Source: a virus | Lineage: Duplodnaviria > Caudoviricetes | IMG/VR virus record: IMGVR_UViG_3300011114_001028 | Location: 1-59,982 of that record | DNA: 59,982 nt | Strand: one strand, 5' to 3' | Part shown: in pieces, positions 6,801 through 18,800 of the stretch | How the letters are laid out: every line of letters begins with the position of its first letter | Position numbering within the stretch: position 1 is the stretch's first letter | Notes under the pieces: generated by a model | What the model was told of the DNA's origin: nothing | Database searches by the model: none | Seen by the model: the letters and a program-made list of their open reading frames with translations, nothing else | Program-made: the position numbers and the translations under genes

Positions 6801-9800
6801 ATGATAGAAACAAGAACATCTGCAAAAACTGTAGTTGAAGGACAAATCCCGATTTTTTTGCAAGAAGAATATCCAAACTTTGGACCGTTCCTAAAACAAT
6901 ATTACGAATCTCAAGAATATTTTTCTTCACCATTAAGTATTGTTAAAAATATTGATCAACTGTTGAAAGTTGGCACATATACATCGGAAATAATTAACTC
7001 TCAACATACAAACGTAACTCAATTTGTTGATTTGGGTGATACAACAATTTATGTTGAAAATACTTCTGGTTGGCCAGAAAGATTTGGGTTGCTTAAAATT
7101 AATGATGAGATTGTTACATACACTTCCATAGGAAATACTTTTTTTGATGGATGTATACGTGGATTTAGTGGAATTACTACATATCGGTATTTAAGCGCAC
7201 CAAATCAAATAGCGTTTGAAACTACTGGAATTCAAACTCATGCTGTAGGAGAAAAGGTTGAAAATTTAAGTACATTATTTTTAAACGAATTTTTTAAAAA
7301 ACTCAAATCTCAATACACTCCAGGATTTGAAAATGTATTTTTTCCTGGAGATTTAAATCAGAAAAATTTTGTTTTACAATCTAAAGATTTTTATGCAACA
7401 AAAGGAACTCCACAAGCAAATTCAATTTTATTTAAATCCAATTTTGGTGTAGATGCAGAAACAATTAAACCACAAGATTATTTAATTAAACCTTCATCAA
7501 CAAACTTTAAAGTTTTAAGAAAATATGTTGTAGAACCTGTAACAGGAAATCCTTTAGATTTAATTGGAAATACTTTATTTCAGGAATATAATGAAAGTTT
7601 GGGAATTAATACTGCATATGGATCAGTTTCTGATGTAGAAAGTCAGTTTTTTGATAACAAAACATATTACACTTTAGGAATAGATTTTGGTTATGATAGA
7701 GACTTATCTGTATTTGGAAGTTTATATGGTAATTTTTCAATTCACCCCAAAACTAAGTTAGTTGGGCTTGCACAATCATCTTTAATTGTTGATTCTACTG
7801 TTGGGTTTGCAAATAGTGGATATCTATCCATAAACAATAATGTATTATCATATCAGAAAAAAACATTAAATCAATTTTTAAATTGCATTGGAATTACTAC
7901 AGAAAAGATTGGAGACGACATAGTAGCAGATTATGTTTCATATGGTTTTAGTGGAGATAATAGAATTGAGGTAAGAATTAGTGGAGTGTTAGATAATTTA
8001 AATTTACCAGAAGAAACAAACTATTTTGAAATAAATGATACTGTTGAAATCAAAAGTATTGGTTTAATTAAAGAAAAAAACGATCACAAATTTAATTCTT
8101 GGATCTTTAACACTTCAACAAAATTTGAAGCATCTTCGATTACATATGATGGAAGTTATTTCGTAGTTGAAACTTATGAAAATCATCAACTAAGACTTAA
8201 AGATAATATTGAATTTATCAATAAAATTGACAATACTATTATTTCTGGTCAAGTTCAAAAAATTTCTTCAGATAATAAATTTTTAGTTTCATCAAACTTA
8301 GATTCAAATCAAACAAATTTATATGAAAAATATGATATTCGCAGAATTGTAAAAACAATTTCCAATAGTGTTGCTAAAAATGAATATACAACTGATGTAC
8401 AAAATGTTTATGATTTAAATTCTGATGCTATTGTTGCTTCACCATCCATACCTTCATATGAAATTTTTTCAACCAATGAATCAAAAGGAATAACATTAGC
8501 AGGATTTACAACCACTTCATATTTAAATATTCCAGATCATGATTTTATAACTGGGCAAGCAATTTATCTAACTTCTGATTCTGATATTATACCTTCAAAA
8601 AATTTATTTGTCAATAAAATTGATAGTAATATATTACAACTATCTTCTAGTCCATCAAATATTAGTGATGGACTGTTTGAATCTTTTTCTAATTATTTAC
8701 CATCAACTATAAATTTAAGTCTAATTCCAATAAAAAATAAAGATAGGAAACTTGATTCCCAAAAAATAATTAGAAAAATTAATACTCCAAAATTAAGTAG
8801 TGCCATACAAACAACCATACCAAACAGAAGATTGGGAATCTTAGTCAATGGTGTGGAAATTTTAAATTATAAATCAAATGATGTTATTTATTATGGTGGA
8901 TTAAATAAAATAGATGTTTTGGGTGGTGGTCAAGATTATGATGTAATAAATCCTCCAGTTTTAGAAATAACAGATTCCGTTGGAGTTGGAGCAACAGGAA
9001 CATGCGCTGTCAGTGGAAGTTTAAAGGAAATACAAATTATAGATGGGGGATTTGATTATCTAGAAACTCCCACGATTACAATAAGTGGAGGAAATGGAAA
9101 AAATGCAACAGCAGCAGCAAAATTGAAAAAAGTTAAGAGTGTTGTATATTTTAATGCTAATGGTATATCAACTTCTTCTGGTGGATTTATTAGTACTTCT
9201 ACCAATATTATTGGTTTTAATACTGAGCATAAATTTAAATCTGGTGAAGCAGTCATTTATAATTCATTCAACGCAACGAAAATCGGAATAGGATCTACTT
9301 CTGGAGATACAAGCACTCAAAATTATTTGCAAGATAATTCTGCATATTACGTATCAATTGTTGATCAAAAAACTATAACATTACATAATAACAGTCAAGA
9401 TGCAATTTTAAAAATTAATCCCATCAACATAACATCAGTTGGTGATGGAAATCAAAAATTTGAATCTTTATTGGATAGAAAAATTATATCTTCCGTAATA
9501 GTTACTAATCCTGGTAGTGAGTATCAAAACAAAAAAAGATTAGCAACTGTCTCTGGAATTAATACTTCATCAGATTCTATTTACATAAAAGATCATGATT
9601 TTAAATCTGGAGAGTTTGTAGTTTACGATTATGTTGGAGCACCAATTGGTGGATTGAGTACACAAACAAATTATCAAATTATAAAACTAAATTCCGATAT
9701 TTTTAGATTATGTTCTGCTGGAATAGGAACAACTTTAAGTCAATTTAATTACGAAACAAATCAATATGTAGATTTAACATCTTCAGGAAGTGGATATCAT

Positions 9801-12800
9801 TATTTCAATTATCCACAAATATCAATTTCAGTTGTTGGTAATATTGGAGTTGGTACAACTAATTCATATGAAAAATATAATGCAGTTTTGCAACCAATTT
9901 TTAGGGGAAAAATATCATCAATTCAATTAACAGATGTTGGAAGTGGATATGGATCTTCTAATATTATTAATTATAATAAGCAACCAAACATAGTTTTAAA
10001 TTCTGGTAAAAATGCCGAAGTTAAACCAATTGTTGTAGATGGAAAAATTAAAAGTATTGTTGTTCTAAGTCAAGGAAGTGGATATAATTCTCCACCAACA
10101 TTTAAGTTTTATGGAGATGGCGGATATGCAAAATTAACTCCAGTATTACAAGATGGAAAATTGATAGCAGTAAATATAATTAATGGTGGTGTAGGATTTA
10201 CTACCAACAAAACTTTGATTGATGTAATTCCAAATGGAAATAGTGTTTCATTAAGAGCAGATATTCAAAAATGGACTATAAATTTATTTGAAAGATATAA
10301 ATCTGTATTTTCCAAAACAAAAGATGATGGTCTTTTAGTAGAAGGAATTACAGAAGAATTGCAATATGTAAATTTATATGCACCAAGAAAACTAAGAGAA
10401 ATTTTACCATCAAAAAATATTGATGGAAGCAACAATTATCAAAAATCGGATTTAATTTTTAATAATAATGAAATATTATCACAAAATCATTCACCAATTA
10501 TTGGTTGGGCATATGATGGAAATCCAATTTATGGACCATATGGATTTGAGAGATATGATGGTGGAAGTATTAAAGCATTAAAATCTGGATATGAATATAG
10601 ATCTCAATCAAATCGCCCACCATTTTCTGATTTTCCGGAGGGATTTTTTGTAGAAGATTATGTTTTTACAAATAGTGGAGATTTGGATGTTCATAATGGA
10701 AGATATTGTAAAACACCAGATTTTCCAAATGGAACTTATGCATATTTTTCTACAATAAATTCTGAGCAAAATGGATTTGACTCTACATTTGATAATTATA
10801 GAAGGTCAATATTTCCATATTTAATTGGAAATAGTTATTATTCAGAATTAAATTCATATAACTTATTACAATCATCAAACCAAAATATTATAAACATTAA
10901 TAATGAAAATTATATTAGAAATACTTATCCATACAAACTAGATCAGTCTCATGCAGAATATGAATTTTTATATCAATCGGATAAAATTATAAATCAAAAT
11001 GCAGTAATTGATTTTACATCATCTGGAAAAATTGAAAAAATTGGTATTATAAGTGAAGGATATAATTATTCTGTAAATGATGAGTTAGTATTTGATAATG
11101 CTTTTGGTGGTGGATTTGGAGCATCTGCAAAAATCTCAGAAGTATCTGAAAATAGAATATTATCAATCAACTCCTCAACAATAAATTTGGAGAATGTTGT
11201 ATTTAATATTATAGATTCTAAAGGAGGGTTTGAAGGAATTACAACTTCTCCTCATAATTTAAAAAATTTAGATGTTGTTAATATTACTGGTTTATCTGAT
11301 CAAAATTTTTCTGGAATATCTGGATTTAAAACTGTTGCAGTTGATACAAATATATTATCACTTTCTGTTGGATTGGGAACCACTGGAGTTACTGGAATTA
11401 CAACTTTCATTTATGTTTATGGAAATGTTGATCAATCGATTTTAAATGCAAATGATGTTTTACAAATTACAAATACTGGAGTTGGAACTGAAAAACTTTT
11501 AGTTTTAAATATTGATAAGGTTTTTTCGAGGATAAGAGTTAAAAGAGAGCATGACAATACTGTTGGATATGCATACAGTGCTGCAACTTTAGTGGAATTA
11601 AATCCAAGAAAATTTACATTTTCTTCTGGATTTTCTACTGATAGATTTACTTCAAAAAATTCCATAATTTATTTCAATCCACCCAATTCTGTTGCAATTG
11701 GAACTGTTGCTGTTGGATCTGGCACAACAATTTCAACTATTGGAATGGGAAATTCTACCATTTCAAAATTTGTAAAACTTCAATCAATTTATCTTCCTGA
11801 ACATAATTTAATTACCGGGCAAAAGTTATTATATTCAAATGGTGGAGGCACTTCTTTAGGAGTTTCAACCGATAGTACAAATACATTTACACTATCTGAT
11901 AACTCACCCGTTTATGTTGCAAAATTTACTGATGATTTAATTGGAATTGCTACTACTAAAATTGGAATAAACTCGACTGGAGGATTTTCTGGGGTTGGGT
12001 CTACTGGATATCTATTGTATTTCACATCTTTTGGTAATGGAAATCGTCATAACTTTACTACACAGTTTGATTTAATTACTGGAAAAGTCCAAAAAAATAT
12101 TGCAACAATTACATGCAACCAAACTCACAATTTACAAACAAGCGATCAAATTTCATTGGTGGTAAATCCAGGAATAACAACAACAGTAAAAATTAAATAT
12201 AATGCTGTGAATCGTAGATTGGTTGCAAATCCATTAGAATTCAATGGTTCTGGAATTAATACTACTACAAATGTTTTAACATTGTTAGATCATAATTTAT
12301 CAACTGGAGATAAAATTATATATTCATCCTCCAATTCTGCTTCCCCATTAATTAATGATCAAATATACTATGTTGTAAAAGTTGACAATAATAGTATTAA
12401 ACTTGCTTCAAATTATTACCAAACAACTTTAAAATCACCAGAAGTTGTATCAATTGCATCTACAGGATTAAATCATGAAATTTCCACAATAAATCCACCG
12501 TTGTATGCAATTTTAAAAAATAATTTAAAGTTTGATCTTTCAGATTCATCATTATCCGATATTGATGGTGGATCCAGAGTGCAGTCTTTTGATTTTGATA
12601 TTTTTACAGATTCTGGATTAACTAATAAATTTTTAACAACTGAAAAAGAGACAACTTTTGAAATTTCAAAGGTTGGAATTGTTGGAGTTACTAATAATGC
12701 TTCTGTTACATTAAAAATAACAGAAAATATTCCAAAAAAATTATATTATCAATTAACTCCTCTTTATGGAAAAACCTATCTTTCAAAAGAAAAATCTGAA

Positions 12801-15800
12801 ATAATTAAAGATACTGATGTTGTTGGAAATAATTCATTAAGCATTAGCAATAGTAAATTTAATGGATCATATAATGTATCTGGAATTGGAAGCACAACAA
12901 TACTAATTAATTTAAATTCTTTTCCAGAAAAAACTTCATATACTCAACTTGAATCTTTATTAAAGTATTCAACAAAATCATTAACAGCAACAGGATCAAT
13001 ATCAAAAGTAAAAATAATTTACGGTGGATATGGATATAAATCATTACCAGGAATAACATCAATTTTTTCCACAACAGGATCTGGTGGAATATTAATTCCA
13101 GAAAGTAATAGTATTGGAAAAATTATAAAAACATCAATTCCAAATTTTGGATTTGAATATTCTTCAGATAAATCATTAAAACCAATTGGTCAACTTCCAA
13201 ATAGGTTGTTTGTTGACCAATTATCATCTATTGATTCGATAGTTGTTACAAATGGTGGAAAAAATTATACTGTTGCTCCAGGATTTGTAACAATTGATAC
13301 TGTTACAAATGAAGTTATAGATGATGTTGTTTTAAATTCTACAGTTAAAGGAAACAAAATTGTAAGTGTATCTGTAATTAGAAATACAAATAGATTATAT
13401 AACTCTCCACCCAAAATTATTGCAACAAATAACGTCAATGGAATTGGAATTACAAATATTTCATACAATTCAAACACAAAAGAAGTAACAGTAACTCTTG
13501 CTGTAGGGTTTAGCACAGCATCTGCATTTCCATTTTCTGTCGGTAGCAAAATTTTTGTTGAAGGAGTTGGAATAATTCCAAATTCTGGAAATGGATATAA
13601 TTCATACAATTATAACTATGAGTTTTTCACATTAATTGGAGTTACTAGCGCAATTGGTGGATCTAATGGATCTTTAGTTTACAAATTAGATAAAGGTTCT
13701 GTTGGACCAGGAACATTTTATCCTTCAGGATCATATCAAAACCAAAATAGTGCTTATGGCAGGGTAGTACCAGAAAGTTATTTACCTAAATTTGAAATTA
13801 AATTGAAAAGAGGCGAATTTAGTGTTGGGGAAAATGTATTAGTAAACAATACTTCTGTTGGAAAAATTACAAATTGGAATCCAGTTAATAAATTATTAAA
13901 AATAAGTGAATCTTCATTCAATATAAAGGAAAATAGTATTATTTTAGGAGAATCTTCCAAAACATTTGCTGTTGTAAAGAAAAAATTAACTTCTTATGGA
14001 GATTTTAATGTTACTTCTTCAAATATTCCAAAAGGAATTTCCGAAGATAATGTTGGAAAATTAAATACATTTTTACAGGTTATTCCTGATAATGATTATT
14101 ACCAAAATTTTTCATACTCCATTAAAAGTCCAATAGAGTATGAAAAATGGAATCAAAATGTAAACAAATTAACACATACTTCTGGATTTAAAAAGTTTTC
14201 AGATTTACAAATTGAATCTACACCAGAATCTAATCTTAAAATGAGTCTTCCTACACAATTTGATATTGATACAAGAGTTGATTTTATTGAAGAAATTGAT
14301 TTTGATTGTTATCAAAATTTTGATTTTGTTACAGAAACAACAAAAACAATTAATGATTCTTTAATTTCGGATCAAATTATTTTTAACAACAGAATTTTAT
14401 TAGACTATACAGAATTTGTATCAAATAGAGTTTTAAAACTTGATGATTTAAGTAGTCAATTTGACGATACTCCAAGTATTTTTAATTACACTACAGTTGG
14501 AACATTTGACGTAACTCAATACAATTCTGCACAGTTTTATATTTTAATAAAAGATGTAAGGTATTATGGAGAAAAAGAAATTATAATCGTCAATATAACA
14601 TACGATGGTGCAAATGCATATTTGACTGCGTATGGTAGAAATGAAACAGTATTAGATCTTGGGGATTTCTCATTTAGAAGAAATGGTAATTTTGGTGAAG
14701 TCTTATTTTATCCCAAGAAATATCAATATAATAGTTACAATATTTCAAATATAAATGTTAATTTTGCAAATAGTGGAATAACTGGAATTGGCACATCGTC
14801 TTTAGGAAATACCGTAAGTTTTGCCTCAACATCTGTAGCAATTACATCTTCAATTACTCCATCTGCAAATACTATTGTTTCAATATCAACCAATTCATAT
14901 ACATCTGGAAAAATATTAATTTCAGCTTCAGAAAGCACTGGAAATGTGCAGTTTGGAGAAATTAATTTTGTAAGCAATGGATCTAATGCATATTATGACA
15001 TTTTTGGAGAAGTGGATTCTGGAGATAGATCTCCAGCATTTGGAGTTGGTATTGTTGGAACAATTGGCGTTACAACAACAACTGGTAATGTTTTAATTAC
15101 ATTCACCCCAAATCCATCGTTAACCGTCGATGTGAAAGCACTTTCAATATTAATGAGTGATACAACTAAAACTGGAGTTGGATCTATAGCATTACATAAA
15201 GGAGAATTATCTTCACATTATGTTTCTATAGCATCATCAACTTCTCCGGTTGAAACTACAATTGCTGGATTTAGCAGTGCAACAAGCGATGCTGCACATT
15301 ACTATCTACAAATTAACGATACAACAAACAATAAAATTTATTTTTCTGAGGTTATTTTAGTTAATGATTCAGAATATAATCCACAAATCTCAGAATATAG
15401 CATAGTAAATTCTCACAACTCACTTGGAGTTGTTGGAGCAGCAAAATCAACTCTAAACACTTATTTGACATTTACTCCAAATTCAAATATTAATACTCAA
15501 ATTAGAGTATTCCAAAAAACTTTACAAATATCACCAAAACAAGATTCGCTCGAAGTTGATTTGAATAGTGCGATTATCAGATCGGATACAATTCCATTAT
15601 TTTATGAAGGAACTGAGATATCCACAAAAAAAGAATTTAATCTCACTCATAGATCTTCACCAGTATTTTCAAAAATAATTGATGGTTCTTCTTTAGTTAA
15701 TGTAAATATTTCCGGAGATTCAATCGTAATACCAAATCATTTCTTTGTCACGGGAGAAAAAATAGATTATTCAATAGCATCCGGTTCAACAAAAATTGGA

Positions 15801-18800
15801 ATTGCTACGACTTCTGTTACTGGAATTGGAAATACAACTCTTCTTCCGTCAACGCTATACGCAGTTAAAATTGATGAAAACACAGTAAAATTTGCAGAGA
15901 CTCCAGAAAAAGCATTAAAACTTAGTCCAGAAGTATTCAAATTATCCTCAGTTGGAGTTGGAAATTCTCATCAATTTGCATCAAATTATAAATCAAATTC
16001 AAAAGTAATTGTATCAATTGACAATATAATTCAAAACCCAGTTGTTTCTACAGCAAAAACAACACATATTACTCAAGATGTAGATAATATAAATTCCACA
16101 TCTATAATCAATTTTAATAGTATTGATGGATTTTATACAAAAGATTTGATTAAAATTGAGAATGAATTTTTACTGATTACTGATATTGGAATTGGAGGTA
16201 CAAATAAAGTTTCATGTAGAAGAGAGTGGTTGGGTAGCGTATCCGCAGCACACTCTACTGGCGCTGCTATTACAAAATATTCAGGAAACTATAATATTGT
16301 AGATGATATAATTTATTTCGTTGAGGCTCCCCATGGTGATGCCTCAAACACTTCAAATGCTCAACAATTTTCATCATTCAATGGAAGAGTATTTTTGAGA
16401 AGTGCTGTTGTTGGAACAGCAAACAGTGCATATTTTGAAAACAATATTTTTGATGATATATCATCACAATTTAATGGAATTAGAAATTCATTTACATTAA
16501 AATCTTCTGGATATGATGTAACCGGTATTGTAAGCACAAATTCAGTATCTGCAGGGATACTGTTAGTTAATAATATATTCCAAAAACCCAAATATCCAGC
16601 AACAGGAATTGGTCAAACTTTTACTTATGAAGTTACACAAAGTTCCGGTATTTCAAGTGTAGTTTTTAGTGGTAATCCTGTTGGATTAACAACTAATAAT
16701 ATAACTGGACCAATGAAGTTTGATATTAACAGTGCATCTTTACCTAGAGGTGGAATAATTGTTTCTGTTGGATCAACTCAAGGATTTGGATATCAACCAT
16801 TAGTTTCTGCAGGAGGAACAGTTATTGTTTCTGCGGCAGGAACAATTCAATCAATTTCTATTGGAAATAGTGGATCTGGTTACAGAGCAGGAATTCAAAC
16901 CACAATTACAGTTTCTGTTGCAACTTCAACAGGAAAAATTTCAATTGGAACTGCATCTGCGTATAATGGAAATATTGTTGCAATTGCAATAACAAATCCT
17001 GGAACTGGATATACTTCCACAAATCCCCCAAAAATTACAATTGATGCTCCGTTAAATTATGAAAATATTCCATTAGTATATCATTCATCAAATAGTGGAG
17101 TTGGCACAGAAGCAACTGTAGATATTGTTGTTGGATATGGAAAAAGTGTAATAGAATTTAATTTATCAAATAGTGGATATGGATATTCTGTTGGAAATGT
17201 TTTAACTGTAAATGTTGGTGGATCAACTGGAATACCAACAGACTCTTCAGTTTCATTTAGACCATTTAAACTCACAATAGATGAAGTGTTTTTTGATCAG
17301 TTTAATGCTTGGTATCCAGGACAATTTGTAGTGCTTGATGATTTTGATGGTGAATTTAATGGTTTTAAAAAGATTTTTGCATTAAAGGAAAATGGAGTTT
17401 CTTCAAATTTTCAAGTAACTAGGGGATCACCAATATTTTTGGATCAAAATTTATTAGTTTTTATTAATGATATTTTACAAATTCCAGAAGAATCTTATAT
17501 TTTTAATGGTGGATCATTTATTGAATTTATAGAAGCACCAAAGGTTGGTGACAGTGTTAAAATGTTATTCTTTAAGGGATCCGATGCTGATATCAGAGAA
17601 GTGAATATAATTCCTACAGTTAAAGTTGGAGATAGTTTAAAAATAAAAGATGATCTTCAACAAAGAAGAAATGTTTATACAGAATCTTCTAGAGTTGTAA
17701 CTTTTTTACAAAATATTGATTCAGTATATACCACACAATACAATGGATCTGGAATAACAACAGATACTTCAGTTAAACGAGTTGTAGAATGGTGCAAACA
17801 AAAAAATGATATTATTTTAGATGAAAGAGTTATATCTAAAAGTAGACCAGAATTGCTTGCTAATGTATATCCAACTACAACTATCATTAGATCTGTTGGA
17901 GTTGGGAGCACATCAATTTTTGTGCAAAATACACGACCACTCTTTAATTACATTCCAGAAATTCTCGGAAGTGGTGATCAAAACATTACAATAATTTCAC
18001 AAAATCCAAAATCTGCATGTATTGCAACTTCTATTGTTTCAATAGCAGGGACAATATCTGAAATTATTGTAATAGATGGTGGTCTTGGGTTTAGCACAAC
18101 ACCTTCAATATCAATATCTTCCCCCACATCTGGGGTTACGGCAATAGCAACATGTAGTATAAGTGGAGTTGGCACTATATCACAAATTCAAATTACCACT
18201 GCGGGATCTGGATATACTTTCACCAATCCACCAAAAGTTTTAATAGAATCTGAATCCTTTACACTTGAAACATTGACTGGGGTAAGTTATGAAGGAGATA
18301 GTGGAATAATTACTGGGATAGGTACTACTTCAATTGCAGGAGTTACTACTGGAATAACTTTTGATTTTTACTTACCAACAAATTCTTTATTCAGAGATTC
18401 TTATTATGTTGGAAGTGCTCAAACAATTACTGGAATACAAACTGGATATTATTTTATGGTTTATGATTCTATAATTGGAAATGGAGTAACTTCATTTAAT
18501 GATAATGGGTCTGTTTTGGGAATTGGCACCTCATATTTAAATAATGTATATCAAGCATTTTCAGTAAAAAATATAACATCTAATGCTGTTGGAATTGGAA
18601 GCACTACTGATATTGTAAGAGTTACCGCAAGTGTAAAATCTTACAATGGATTAAGTGGTATTGGAAATAGTCAATATTTTGCAAACTATAGTTGGGGAAG
18701 ATTATATAATTTTAGTAGGTCATCTTCACCAAAACAATTTAATCTCGAAATACTTGACGGTATAAGTGGATTATCTACCGCTCCCCTTGTAATAAGATCT

